Assembly: GCF_009914755.1 (NCBI RefSeq)
Contig: NC_060925.1
Origin: the human T2T-CHM13v2.0 reference genome, Homo sapiens
Length of the DNA: 64,000 nt
Strand: one strand, 5' to 3'
Part shown: positions 1-16,100 of the stretch, piece after piece
Layout of the letters: each line of letters begins with the position of its first letter
Numbering within the stretch: position 1 is the first letter of the stretch
The notes under the pieces: generated by a model
Seen by the model: only the letters and a program-made list of their open reading frames with translations
Told to the model about the DNA's origin: nothing
Databases searched by the model: none
Made by a program: the position numbers and the translations under genes

Positions 1-600
1 GTATCATTGAATGGAATCGAATGGAATCATCATCAGATGGAAATGAATGGAATCGTCATAGAATGGAATCGAATGGATTCATTGAATGGAATCAGATGGA
101 ATCATCGAATGGACTGGAATGGAATCATTGAATGGACTCGAAAGGGATCATTATTGAATGGAATTGAATGGAATCATCGAATGGTCTCGATTGGAATCAT
201 TATCAAATGGAATCGAATGGAATCACCGAATAGAATCGAATGGAACAATCATCGAATGGACTCAAATGGAATTATCCTCCAATGGAATCGAATGGAATTA
301 TCGAATGCAATCGAATGGAATTATCGAATGCAATCGAATAGAATCATCGAATGGACTCGAATGGAATCATCGAATGGAATGGAATGGAACAGTCAATGAA
401 CTCGAATGGAATCATCATTGAATGGAATCGAATGGAATCATCGAGTGGAATCGAATGGAATTATGATCAAATGGAATCGAATGTAATCCTCATCAAATGG
501 AATCAAAAATAACCATCATCAATTGGTATTGAATGGAATTGTCATCAAATGGAATTCAAAGGAATCATCATCAAATGGAACCGAATGGAATCCTCATTGA

Positions 601-1542
601 ATGGAAATGAAAGGGGTCATCATCTAATGGAATCGCATGGAATCATCATCAAATGGAATCGAATGGAATCATCATCAAATGGAATCTAATGGAATCATTG
701 AACAGAATTGAATGGAATCGTCATCGAATGAATTGAATGCAATCATCGAGTGGTCTCGAATGGAATCATCTTCTAATGGAAAGGAATGGAATCATCGCAT
801 AGAATCGAATGGAATTATCATCGAATGGAATCGAATGGTATCAACACCAAACGGAAAAAAACGGAATTATCGAATGGAATCGAAGAGAATCTTCGAACGG
901 ACCCGAATGGAATCATCTAATGGAATGGAATGGAATAATCCATGGACTCGAATGCAATCATCATCGAATGGAATCGAATGGAATCATCGAATGGACTCGA
1001 ATGGAATAATCATTGAACGGAATCGAATGGAATCATCATCGGATGGAAACGAATGGAATCATCATCGAATGGAAATGAAAGGAGTCATCATCTAATGGAA
1101 TTGCATGGAATCATCATCAAATGGAATCGAATGGAATCAACATCAAATGGAATCAAATGGAATCATTGAACGGAATTGAATGGAATCGTCATCGAATGAA
1201 TTGACTGCAATCATCGAATGGTCTCGAATGGAATCATCTTCAAATGGAATGGAATGGAATCATCGCATAGAATCGAATGGAATTATCATCGAATAGAATC
1301 GAATGGAATCAACATCAAACGGAAAAAAACAGAATTATCGTATGGAATCGAAGAGAATCATCGAATGGACCCGAATGGAATCATCTAATGGAATGGAATG
1401 GAATAATCCATGGACTCGAATGCAATCATCATCGAATGGAATCGAATGGAATCATCGAATGGACTCGAATGGAATAATCATTGAACGGAATCGAATGGAA
1501 TCATCATCGGATGGAAATGAATGGAATCATCATCGAATGGAA
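601..1542 (+). repeat. Internal 468-bp direct tandem duplication (subrepeats A and B) present in every full unit
   Basis: ATGGAAATGAAAGGGGTCATC at 601 vs ATGGAAATGAAAGGAGTCATC at 1069. AAACGGAAAAAAAC and AATAATCCATGGACTCG each occur twice, 468 bp apart. Paired ORF starts such as 2488/2956 and 4264/4732 differ by 468. Confidence 0.95.
687..697 (+). promoter_or_regulatory. Match to degenerate DUX4 consensus TAAYBBAATCA (TAATGGAATCA); a second match at 1620-1630; repeated in most units
   Basis: Motif match seen in the sequence. DUX4 binding and induction of HSATII is established knowledge. Occupancy of these particular sites is not shown. Confidence 0.35.
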
Positions 1543-4103
1543 TCGAATAGAATTATGGAATGAAATCCAGTGTGATCATCATCGAATGGACCCGAATGGA
1601 ATCATCATCCAACGGAAGCTAATGGAATCAACATCGAATGAATCGAATGGAAACACCATCGAATTGAAACGAATGGAATTATCATGAAATTGAAATGGAT
1701 GGACTCATCATCGAATGGATTCGAATGGAATCATCGAATAAAATTGATTGAAATCATCATCTAATGGAATCGAATGGTATCATTGAATGGAATCGAATGG
1801 AATCATCATCAGATGGAAATGAATGGAATCGTCATAGAATGGAATCGAGTGGATTCATTGAATGGAATCAGATGGAATCATCGAATGGACTGGAATGGAA
1901 TCATTGAATGGACTCGAAAGGGATCATTATTGAATGGAATTGAATGGAATCATCGAATGGTCTCGATTGGAATCATTATCAAATGGAATCGAATGGAATC
2001 ACCGAATAGAATCGAATGGAACAATCATCGAATGGACTCAAATGGAATTATCCTCAAATGGAATCGAATGGAAGTATCGAATGCAATCGAATGGAATTAT
2101 CGAATGCAATCGAATAGAATCATCGAAAGGACTCGAATGGAATCATCGAATGGAATGGAATGGAACAGTCAATGAACTCGAATGGAATCATCATTGAATG
2201 GAATCCAATGGAATCATCGAGTGGAATCGAATGGAATTATGATCAAATGGAATCTAATGTAATCATCATCAAATGGAATCAAAAATAACCATCATCAATT
2301 GGTATTGAATGGAATTGTCATCAAATGGAATTCAAAGGAATCATCATCAAATGGAACCGAATGGAATCCTCATTGAATGGAAATGAAAGGGGTCATCATC
2401 TAATGGAATCGCATGGAATCATCATCAAATGGAATCGAATGGAATCATCATCAAATGGAATCTAATGGAATCATTGAACAGAATTGAATGGAATCGTCAT
2501 CGAATGAATTGAATGCAATCATCGAATGGTCTCGAATGGAATCATCTTCTAATGGAAAGGAATGGAATCATCGCATAGAATCGAATGGAATTATCATCGA
2601 ATGGAATCGAATGGTATCAACACCAAACGGAAAAAAACGGAATTATCGAATGGAATCGAAGAGAATCTTCGAACGGACCCGAATGGAATCATCTAATGGA
2701 ATGGAATGGAATAATCCATGGACTCGAATGCAATCATCATCGAATGGAATGGAATGGAATCATCGAATGGACTCGAATGGAATAATCATTGAACGGAATC
2801 GAATGGAATCATCATCGGATGGAAACGAATGGAATCATCATCGAATGGAAATGAAAGGAGTCATCATCTAATGGAATTGCATGGAATCATCATAAAATGG
2901 AATCGAATGGAATCAACATCAAATGGAATCAAATGGAATCATTGAACGGAATTGAATGGAATCGTCATCGAATGAATTGACTGCAATCATCGAATGGTCT
3001 CGAATGGAATCATCTTCAAATGGAATGGAATGGAATCATCGCATAGAATCGAATGGAATTATCATCGAATGGAATCGAATGGAATCAACAGCAAACGGAA
3101 TAAAACGGAATTATCGAATGGAATCGAAGAGAATCATCGAATGGACCCGAATGGAATCATCTAATGGAATGGAATGGAATAATCCATGGACTCGAATGCA
3201 ATCATCATCGAATGGAATCGAATGGAATCATCGAATGGACTCGAATGGAATAATCATTGAACGGAATCGAATGGAATCATCATCGGATGGAAATGAATGG
3301 AATCATCATCGAATGGAATCGAATAGAATTATGGAATGAAATCCAGTGTGATCATCATCGAATGGACCCGAATGGAATCATCATCCAACGGAAGCTAATG
3401 GAATCAACATCGAATGAATCGAATGGAAACACCATCGAATTGAAACGAATGGAATTATCATGAAATTGAAATGGATGGACTCATCATCGAATGGATTCGA
3501 ATGGAATCATCGAATAAAATTGATTGAAATCATCATCCAATGGAATCGAATGGTATCATTGAATGGAATCGAATGGAATCATCATCAGATGGAAATGAAT
3601 GGAATCGTCATAGAATGGAATCGAATGGATTCATTGAATGGAATCAGATGGAATCATCGAATGGACTGGAATGGAATCATTGAATGGACTCGAAAGGGAT
3701 CATGATTGAATGGAATTGAATGGAATCATCGAATGGTCTCGATTGGAATCATTATCAAATGGAATCGAATGGAATCACCGAATAGAATCGAATGGAACAA
3801 TCATCGAATGGACTCAAATGGAATTATCCTCCAATGGAATCGAATGGAATTATCGAATGCAATCGAATGGAATTATCGAATGCAATCGAATAGAATCATC
3901 GAATGGACTCGAATGGAATCATCGAATGGAATGGAATGGAACAGTCAATGAACTCGAATGGAATCATCATTGAATGGAATCGAATGGAATCATCGAGTGG
4001 AATCGAATGGAATTATGATCAAATGGAATCGAATGTAATCCTCATCAAATGGAATCAAAAATAACCATCATCAATTGGTATTGAATGGAATTGTCATCAA
4101 ATG

Positions 4104-7100
4104 CAATTCAAAGGAATCATCATCAAATGGAACCGAATGGAATCCTCATTGAATGGAAATGAAAGGGGTCATCATCTAATGGAATCGCATGGAATCATCA
4201 TCAAATGGAATCGAATGGAATCATCATCAAATGGAATCTAATGGAATCATTGAACAGAATTGAATGGAATCGTCATCGAATGAACTGAATGCAATCATCG
4301 AATGGTCTCGAATGGAATCATCTTCTAATGGAAAGGAATGGAATCATCGCATAGAATCGAATGGAATTATCATCGAATGGAATCGAATGGTATCAACACC
4401 AAACGGAAAAAAACGGAATTATCGAATAGATTCGAAGAGAATCTTCGAACGGACCCGAATGGAATCATCTAATGGAATGGAATGGAATAATCCATGGACT
4501 CGAATGCAATCATCATCGAATGGAATCAAATGGAATCATCGAATGGACTCGAATGGAATAATCATTGAACGGAATCGAATGGAATCATCATCGGATGGAA
4601 ATGAATGGAATCATCATCGAATGGAAATGAAAGGAGTCATCATCTAATGGAATTGCATGGAATCATCATAAAATGGAATCGAATGGAATCAACATCAAAT
4701 GGAATCAAATGGAATCATTGAACGGAATTGAATGGAATCGTCATCGAATGTATTGACTGCAATCATCGAATGGTCTCGAATGGAATCATCTTCAAATGGA
4801 ATGGAATGGAATCATCGCATAGAATCGAATGGAATTATCATCGAATGGAATCGAATGGAATCAACATCAAACGGAAAAAAACGGAATTATCGAATGGAAT
4901 CGAAGAGAATCATCGAATGGACCCGAATGGAATCATCTAATGGAATGGAATGGAATAATCCATGGACTCGAATGCAATCATCATCGAATGGAATCGAATG
5001 GAATCATCGAATGGACTCGAATGGAATAATCATTGAACGGAATCGAATGGAATCATCATCGGATGGAAATGAATGGAATCATCATCGAATGGAATCGAAT
5101 AGAATTATGGAATGAAATCCAGTGTGATCATCATCGAATGGACCCGAATGGAATCATCATCCAACGGAAGCTAATGGAATCAACATCGAATGAATCGAAT
5201 GGAAACACCATCGAATTGAAACGAATGGAATTATCATGAAATTGAAATGGATGGACTCATCATCGAATGGATTCGAATGGAATCATCGAATAAAATTGAT
5301 TGAAATCATCATCCAATGGAATCGAATGGTATCATTGAATGGAATCGAATGGAATCATCATCAGATGGAAATGAATGGAATCGTCATAGAATGGAATCGA
5401 ATGGATTCATTGAATGGAATCAGATGGAATCATCGAATGGACTGGAATGGAATCATTGAATGGACTCGAAAGGGATCATGATTGAATGGAATTGAATGGA
5501 ATCATCGAATGGTCTCGATTGGAATCATTATCAAATGGAATCGAATGGAATCACCGAATAGAATCGAATGGAACAATCATCGAATGGACTCAAATGGAAT
5601 TATCCTCCAATGGAATCGAATGGAATTATCGAATGCAATCGAATGGAATTATCGAATGCAATCGAATAGAATCATCGAATGGACTCGAATGGAATCATCG
5701 AATGGAATGGAATGGAACAGTCAATGAACTCGAATGGAATCATCATTGAATGGAATCGAATGGAATCATCGAGTGGAATCGAATGGAATTATGATCAAAT
5801 GGAATCGAATGTAATCCTCATCAAATGGAATCAAAAATAACCATCATCAATTGGTATTGAATGGAATTGTCATCAAATGGAATTCAAAGGAATCATCATC
5901 AAATGGAACCGAATGGAATCCTCATTGAATGGAAATGAAAGGGGTCATCATCTAATGGAATCGCATGGAATCATCATCAAATGGAATCGAATGGAATCAT
6001 CATCAAATGGAATCTAATGGAATCATTGAACAGAATTGAATGGAATCGTCATCGAATGAATTGAATGCAATCATCGAATGGTCTCGAATGGAATCATCTT
6101 CTAATGGAAAGGAATGGAATCATCGCATAGAATCGAATGGAATTATCATCGAATGGAATCGAATGGTATCAACACCAAACGGAAAAAAACGGAATTATCG
6201 AATGGAATCGAAGAGAATCTTCGAACGGACCCGAATGGAATCATCTAATGGAATGGAATGGAATAATCCATGGACTCGAATGCAATCATCATCGAATGGA
6301 ATCGAATGGAATCATCGAATGGACTCGAATGGAATAATCATTGAACGGAATCGATTGGAATCATCATCGGATGGAAACGAATGGAATCATCATCTAATGG
6401 AAATGAAAGGAGTCATCATCTAATGGAATTGCATGGAATCATCATAAAATGGAATCGAATGGAATCAACATCAAATGGAATCAAATGTAATCATTGAACG
6501 GAATTGAATGGAATCGTCATCGAATGAATTGACTGCAATCATCCAATGGTCTCGAATGGAATCATCTTCAAATGGAATGGAATGGAATCATCGCATAGAA
6601 TCGAATGGAATTATCATCGAATGGAATCGAATGGAATCAACATCCAACGGAAAAAAACGGAATTATCGAATGGAATCGAAGAGAATCATCGAATGGACCC
6701 GAATGGAATCATCTAATGGAATGGAATGGAATAATCCATGGACTCGAATGCAATCATCATCGAATGGAATCGAATGGAATCATCGAATGGACTCGAATGG
6801 AATAATCATTGAACGGAATCGAATGGAATCATCATCGGATGGAAATGAATGGAATCATCATCGAATGGAATCGAATAGAATTATGGAATGAAATCCAGTG
6901 TGATCATCATCGAATGGACCCGAATGGAATCATCATCCAACGGAAGCTAATGGAATCAACATCGAATGAATCAAATGGAAACACCATCGAATTGAAACGA
7001 ATGGAATTATCATGAAATTGAAATGGATGGACTCATCATCGAATGGATTCGAATGGAATCATCGAATAAAATTGATTGAAATCATCATCGAATGGAATCG

Positions 7101-10100
7101 AATGGTATCATTGAATGGAATCGAATGGAATCATCATCAGATGGAAATGAATGGAATCGTCATAGAATGGAATCGAATGGATTCATTGAATGGAATCAGA
7201 TGGAATCATCGAATGGACTGGAATGGAATCATTGAATGGACTCGAAAGGGATCATGATTGAATGGAATTGAATGGAATCATCGAATGGTCTCGATTGGAA
7301 TCATTACCAAATGGAATCGAATGGAATCACCGAATAGAATCGAATGGAACAATCATCGAATGGACTCAAATGGAATTATCCTCCAATGGAATCGAATGGA
7401 ATTATCGAATGCAATCGAATGGAATTATCGAATGCAATCGAATAGAATCATCGAATGGACTCGAATGGAATCATCGAATGGAATGGAATGGAACAGTCAA
7501 TGAACTCGAATGGAATCATCATTGAATGGAATCGAATGGAATCATCGAGTGGAATCGAATGGAATTATGATCAAATGGAATCGAATGTAATCATCATCAA
7601 ATGGAATCAAAAATAACCATCATCAATTGGTATTGAATGGAATTGTCATCAAATGGAATTCAAAGGAATCATCATCAAATGGAACCGAATGGAATCCTCA
7701 TTGAATGGAAATGAAAGGGGTCATCATCTAATGGAATCGCATGGAATCATCATCAAATGGAATCGAATGGAATCATCATCAAATGGAATCTAATGGAATC
7801 ATTGAACAGAATTGAATGGAATCGTCATCGAATGAACTGAATGCAATCATCGAATGGTCTCGAATGGAATCATCTTCTAATGGAAAGGAATGGAATCATC
7901 GCATAGAATCGAAAGGAATTATCATCGAATGGAATCGAATGGTATCAACACCAAACGGAAAAAAACGGAATTATCGAATAGATTCGAAGAGAATCTTCGA
8001 ACGGACCCGAATGGAATCATCTAATGGAATGGAATGGAATAATCCATGGACTCGAATGCAATCATCATCGAATGGAATCAAATGGAATCATCGAATGGAC
8101 TCGAATGGAATAATCATTGAACGGAATCGAATGGAATCATCATCGGATGGAAACGAATGGAATCATCATCGAATGGAAATGAAAGGAGTCATCACCTAAT
8201 GGAATTGCATGGAATCATCATAAAATGGAATCGAATGGAATCAACATCAAATGGAATCAAATGGAATCATTGAACGGAATTGAATGGAATCGTCATCGAA
8301 TGTATTGACTGCAATCATCGAATGGTCTCGAATGGAATCATCTTCAAATGGAATGGAATGGAATCATCGCATAGAATCGAATGGAATTATCATCGAATGG
8401 AATCGAATGGAATCAACATCAAACGGAAAAAAACGGAATTATCGAATGGAATCGAAGAGAATCATCGAATGGACCCGAATGGAATCATCTAATGGAATGG
8501 AATGGAATAATCCATGGACTCGAATGCAATCATCATCGAATGGAATCGAATGGAATCATCGAATGGACTCGAATGGAATAATCATTGAACGGAATCGAAT
8601 GGAATCATCATCGGATGGAAATGAATGGAATCATCATCGAATGGAATCGAATAGAATTATGGAATGAAATCCAGTGTGATCATCATCGAATGGACCCGAA
8701 TGGAATCATCATCCAACGGAAGCTAATGGAATCAACATCGAATGAATCGAATGGAAACACCATCGAATTGAAACGAATGGAATTATCATGAAATTGAAAT
8801 GGATGGACTCATCATCGAATGGATTCGAATGGAATCATCGAATAAAATTGATTGAAATCATCATCCAATGGAATCGAATGGTATCATTGAATGGAATCGA
8901 ATGGAATCATCATCAGATGGAAATGAATGGAATCGTCATAGAATGGAATCGAATGGATTCATTGAATGGAATCAGATGGAATCATCGAATGGACTGGAAT
9001 GGAATCATTGAATGGACTCGAAAGGGATCATGATTGAATGGAATTGAATGGAATCATCGAATGGTCTCGATTGGAATCATTATCAAATGGAATCGAATGG
9101 AATCACCGAATAGAATCGAATGGAACAATCATCGAATGGACTCAAATGGAATTATCCTCCAATGGAATCGAATGGAATTATCGAATGCAATCGAATGGAA
9201 TTATCGAATGCAATCGAATAGAATCATCGAATGGACTCGAATGGAATCATCGAATGGAATGGAATGGAACAGTCAATGAACTCGAATGGAATCATCATTG
9301 AATGGAATCGAATGGAATCATCGAGTGGAATCGAATGGAATTATGATCAAATGGAATCGAATGTAATCCTCATCAAATGGAATCAAAAATAACCATCATC
9401 AATTGGTATTGAATGGAATTGTCATCAAATGGAATTCAAAGGAATCATCATCAAATGGAACCGAATGGAATCCTCATTGAATGGAAATGAAAGGGGTCAT
9501 CATCTAATGGAATCGCATGGAATCATCATCAAATGGAATCGAATGGAATCATCATCAAATGGAATCTAATGGAATCATTGAACAGAATTGAATGGAATCG
9601 TCATCGAATGAACTGAATGCAATCATCGAATGGTCTCGAATGGAATCATCTTCTAATGGAAAGGAATGGAATCATCGCATAGAATCGAATGGAATTATCA
9701 TCGAATGGAATCGAATGGTATCAACACCAAACGGAAAAAAACGGAATTATCGAATAGATTCGAAGAGAATCTTCGAACGGACCCGAATGGAATCATCTAA
9801 TGGAATGGAATGGAATAATCCATGGACTCGAATGCAATCATCATCGAATGGAATCAAATGGAATCATCGAATGGACTCGAATGGAATAATCATTGAACGG
9901 AATCGAATGGAATCATCATCGGATGGAAATGAATGGAATCATCATCGAATGGAAATGAAAGGAGTCATCATCTAATGGAATTGCATGGAATCATCATAAA
10001 ATGGAATCGAATGGAATCAACATCAAATGGAATCAAATGGAATCATTGAACGGAATTGAATGGAATCGTCATCGAATGTATTGACTGCAATCATCGAATG

Positions 10101-13100
10101 GTCTCGAATGGAATCATCTTCAAATGGAATGGAATGGAATCATCGCATAGAATCGAATGGAATTATCATCGAATGGAATCGAATGGAATCAACATCAAAC
10201 GGAAAAAAACGGAATTATCGAATGGAATCGAAGAGAATCATCGAATGGACCCGAATGGAATCATCTAATGGAATGGAATGGAATAATCCATGGACTCGAA
10301 TGCAATCATCATCGAATGGAATCGAATGGAATCATCGAATGGACTCGAATGGAATAATCATTGAACGGAATCGAATGGAATCATCATCGGATGGAAATGA
10401 ATGGAATCATCATCGAATGGAATCGAATAGAATTATGGAATGAAATCCAGTGTGATCATCATCGAATGGACCCGAATGGAATCATCATCCAACGGAAGCT
10501 AATGGAATCAACATCGAATGAATCGAATGGAAACACCATCGAATTGAAACGAATGGAATTATCATGAAATTGAAATGGATGGACTCATCATCGAATGGAT
10601 TCGAATGGAATCATCGAATAAAATTGATTGAAATCATCATCGAATGGAATCGAATGGTATCATTGAATGGAATCGAATGGAATCATCATCAGATGGAAAT
10701 GAATGGAATCGTCATAGAATGGAATCGAATGGATTCATTGAATGGAATCAGATGGAATCATCGAATGGACTGGAATGGAATCATTGAATGGACTCGAAAG
10801 GGATCATGATTGAATGGAATTGAATGGAATCATCGAATGGTCTCGATTGGAATCATTATCAAATGGAATCGAATGGAATCACCGAATAGAATCGAATGGA
10901 ACAATCATCGAATGGACTCAAATGGAATTATCCTCCAATGGAATCGAATGGAATTATCGAATGCAATCGAATGGAATTATCGAATGCAATCGAATAGAAT
11001 CATCGAATGGACTCGAATGGAATCATCGAATGGAATGGAATGGAACAGTCAATGAACTCGAATGGAATCATCATTGAATGGAATCGAATGGAATCATCGA
11101 GTGGAATCGAATGGAATTATGATCAAATGGAATCGAATGTAATCATCATCAAATGGAATCAAAAATAACCATCATCAATTGGTATTGAATGGAATTGTCA
11201 TCAAATGGAATTCAAAGGAATCATCATCAAATGGAACCGAATGGAATCCTCATTGAATGGAAATGAAAGGGGTCATCATCTAATGGAATCGCATGGAATC
11301 ATCATCAAATGGAATCGAATGGAATCATCATCAAATGGAATCTAATGGAATCATTGAACAGAATTGAATGGAATCGTCATCGAATGAATTGAATGCAATC
11401 ATCGAATGGTCTCGAATGGAATCATCTTCTAATGGAAAGGAATGGAATCATCGCATAGAATCGAATGGAATTATCATCGAATGGAATCGAATGGTATCAA
11501 CACCAAACGGAAAAAAACGGAATTATCGAATGGAATCGAAGAGAATCTTCGAACGGACCCGAATGGAATCATCTAATGGAATGGAATGGAATAATCCATG
11601 GACTCGAATGCAATCATCATCGAATGGAATCGAATGGAATCATCGAATGGACTCGAATGGAATAATCATTGAACGGAATCGATTGGAATCATCATCGGAT
11701 GGAAACGAATGGAATCATCATCGAATGGAAATGAAAGGAGTCATCATCTAATGGAATTGCATGGAATCATCATAAAATGGAATCGAATGGAATCAACATC
11801 AAATGGAATCAAATGTAATCATTGAACGGAATTGAATGGAATCGTCATCGAATGAATTGACTGCAATCATCCAATGGTCTCGAATGGAATCATCTTCAAA
11901 TGGAATGGAATGGAATCATCGCATAGAATCGAATGGAATTATCATCGAATAGAATCGAATGGAATCAACATCCAACGGAAAAAAACGGAATTATCGAATG
12001 GAATCGAAGAGAATCATCGAATGGACCCGAATGGAATCATCTAATGGAATGGAATGGAATAATCCATGGACTCGAATGCAATCATCATCGAATGGAATCG
12101 AATGGAATCATCGAATGGACTCGAATGGAATAATCATTGAACGGAATCGAATGGAATCATCATCGGATGGAAATGAATGGAATCATCATCGAATGGAATC
12201 GAATAGAATTATGGAATGAAATCCAGTGTGATCATCATCGAATGGACCCGAATGGAATCATCATCCAACGGAAGCTAATGGAATCAACATCGAATGAATC
12301 AAATGGAAACACCATCGAATTGAAACGAATGGAATTATCATGAAATTGAAATGGATGGACTCATCATCGAATGGATTCGAATGGAATCATCGAATAAAAT
12401 TGATTGAAATCATCATCCAATGGAATCGAATGGTATCATTGAATGGAATCGAATGGAATCATCATCAGATGGAAATGAATGGAATCGTCATAGAATGGAA
12501 TCGAATGGATTCATTGAATGGAATCAGATGGAATCATCGAATGGACTGGAATGGAATCATTGAATGGACTCGAAAGGGATCATGATTGAATGGAATTGAA
12601 TGGAATCATCGAATGGTCTCGATTGGAATCATTATCAAATGGAATCGAATGGAATCACCGAATAGAATCGAATGGAACAATCATTGAATGGACTCAAATG
12701 GAATTATCCTCCAATGGAATCGAATGGAATTATCGAATGCAATCGAATGGAATTATCGAATGCAATCGAATAGAATCATCGAATGGACTCGAATGGAATC
12801 ATCGAATGGAATGGAATGGAACAGTCAATGAACTCGAATGGAATCATCATTGAATGGAATCGAATGGAATCATCGAGTGGAATCGAATGGAATTATGATC
12901 AAATGGAATCGAATGTAATCATCATCAAATGGAATCAAAAATAACCATCATCAATTGGTATTGTATGGAATTGTCATCAAATGGAATTCAAAGGAATCAT
13001 CATCAAATGGAACCGAATGGAATCCTCATTGAATGGAAATGAAAGGGGTCATCATCTAATGGAATCGCATGGAATCATCATCAAATGGAATCGAATGGAA

Positions 13101-16100
13101 TCATCATCAAATGGAATCTAATGGAATCATTGAACAGAATTGAATGGAATCGTCATCGAATGAACTGAATGCAATCATCGAATGGTCTCGAATGGAATCA
13201 TCTTCTAATGGAAAGGAATGGAATCATCGCATAGAATCGAATGGAATTATCATCGAATGGAATCGAATGGTATCAACACCAAACGGAAAAAAACGGAATT
13301 ATCGAATAGATTCGAAGAGAATCTTCGAACGGACCCGAATGGAATCATCTAATGGAATGGAATGGAATAATCCATGGACTCGAATGCAATCATCATCGAA
13401 TGGAATCAAATGGAATCATCGAATGGACTCGAATGGAATAATCATTGAACGGAATCGAATGGAATCATCATCGGATGGAAATGAATGGAATCATCATCGA
13501 ATGGAAATGAAAGGAGTCATCATCTAATGGAATTGCATGGAATCATCATAAAATGGAATCGAATGGAATCAACATCAAATGGAATCAAATGGAATCATTG
13601 AACGGAATTGAATGGAATCGTCATCGAATGTATTGACTGCAATCATCGAATGGTCTCGAATGGAATCATCTTCAAATGGAATGGAATGGAATCATCGCAT
13701 AGAATCGAATGGAATTATCATCGAATGGAATCGAATGGAATCAACATCAAACGGAAAAAAACGGAATTATCGAATGGAATCGAAGAGAATCATCGAATGG
13801 ACCCGAATGGAATCATCTAATGGAATGGAATGGAATAATCCATGGACTCGAATGCAATCATCATCGAATGGAATCGAATGGAATCATCGAATGGACTCGA
13901 ATGGAATAATCATTGAACGGAATCGAATGGAATCATCATCGGATGGAAATGAATGGAATCATCATCGAATGGAATCGAATAGAATTATGGAATGAAATCC
14001 AGTGTGATCATCATCGAATGGACCCGAATGGAATCATCATCCAACGGAAGCTAATGGAATCAACATCGAATGAATCGAATGGAAACACCATCGAATTGAA
14101 ACGAATGGAATTATCATGAAATTGAAATGGATGGACTCATCATCGAATGGATTCGAATGGAATCATCGAATAAAATTGATTGAAATCATCATCCAATGGA
14201 ATCGAATGGTATCATTGAATGGAATCGAATGGAATCATCATCAGATGGAAATGAATGGAATCGTCATAGAATGGAATCGAATGGATTCATTGAATGGAAT
14301 CAGATGGAATCATCGAATGGACTGGAATGGAATCATTGAATGGACTCGAAAGGGATCATGATTGAATGGAATTGAATGGAATCATCGAATGGTCTCGATT
14401 GGAATCATTATCAAATGGAATCGAATGGAATCACCGAATAGAATCGAATGGAACAATCATCGAATGGACTCAAATGGAATTATCCTCCAATGGAATCGAA
14501 TGGAATTATCGAATGCAATCGAATGGAATTATCGAATGCAATCGAATAGAATCATCGAATGGACTCGAATGGAATCATCGAATGGAATGGAATGGAACAG
14601 TCAATGAACTCGAATGGAATCATCATTGAATGGAATCGAATGGAATCATCGAGTGGAATCGAATGGAATTATGATCAAATGGAATCGAATGTAATCATCA
14701 TCAAATGGAATCAAAAATAACCATCATCAATTGGTATTGAATGGAATTGTCATCAAATGGAATTCAAAGGAATCATCATCAAATGGAACCGAATGGAATC
14801 CTCATTGAATGGAAATGAAAGGGGTCATCATCTAATGGAATCGCATGGAATCATCATCAAATGGAATCGAATGGAATCATCATCAAATGGAATCTAATGG
14901 AATCATTGAACAGAATTGAATGGAATCGTCATCGAATGAATTGAATGCAATCATCGAATGGTCTCGAATGGAATCATCTTCTAATGGAAAGGAATGGAAT
15001 CATCGCATAGAATCGAATGGAATTATCATCGAATGGAATCGAATGGTATCAACACCAAACGGAAAAAAACGGAATTATCGAATGGAATCGAAGAGAATCT
15101 TCGAACGGACCCGAATGGAATCATCTAATGGAATGGAATGGAATAATCCATGGACTCGAATGCAATCATCATCGAATGGAATCGAATGGAATCATCGAAT
15201 GGACTCGAATGGAATAATCATTGAACGGAATCGATTGGAATCATCATCGGATGGAAACGAATGGAATCATCATCGAATGGAAATGAAAGGAGTCATCATC
15301 TAATGGAATTGCATGGAATCATCATAAAATGGAATCGAATGGAATCAACATCAAATGGAATCAAATGTAATCATTGAACGGAATTGAATGGAATCGTCAT
15401 CGAATGAATTGACTGCAATCATCCAATGGTCTCGAATGGAATCATCTTCAAATGGAATGGAATGGAATCATCGCATAGAATCGAATGGAATTATCATCGA
15501 ATGGAATCGAATGGAATCAACATCCAACGGAAAAAAACGGAATTATCGAATGGAATCGAAGAGAATCATCGAATGGACCCGAATGGAATCATCTAATGGA
15601 ATGGAATGGAATAATCCATGGACTCGAATGCAATCATCATCGAATGGAATCGAATGGAATCATCGAATGGACTCGAATGGAATAATCATTGAACGGAATC
15701 GAATGGAATCATCATCGGATGGAAATGAATGGAATCATCATCGAATGGAATCGAATAGAATTATGGAATGAAATCCAGTGTGATCATCATCGAATGGACC
15801 CGAATGGAATCATCATCCAACGGAAGCTAATGGAATCAACATCGAATGAATCAAATGGAAACACCATCGAATTGAAACGAATGGAATTATCATGAAATTG
15901 AAATGGATGGACTCATCATCGAATGGATTCGAATGGAATCATCGAATAAAATTGATTGAAATCATCATCGAATGGAATCGAATGGTATCATTGAATGGAA
16001 TCGAATGGAATCATCATCAGATGGAAATGAATGGAATCGTCATAGAATGGAATCGAATGGATTCATTGAATGGAATCAGATGGAATCATCGAATGGACTG

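Larger units (their letters stand above)
552..2327 (+). repeat. Representative canonical 1,776-bp unit (EcoRI to EcoRI)
   Basis: GAATTC at 552 and 2328, then 5880, 7656, 9432 etc. One site seen per unit, which would release the classical 1.77-kb EcoRI fragment. Confidence 0.95.

Noticed and set aside
1738-1743. AATAAA polyadenylation-like hexamer once per full unit
   Set aside because: A single hexamer in A-rich satellite with no downstream GU/U-rich element and no transcript evidence.
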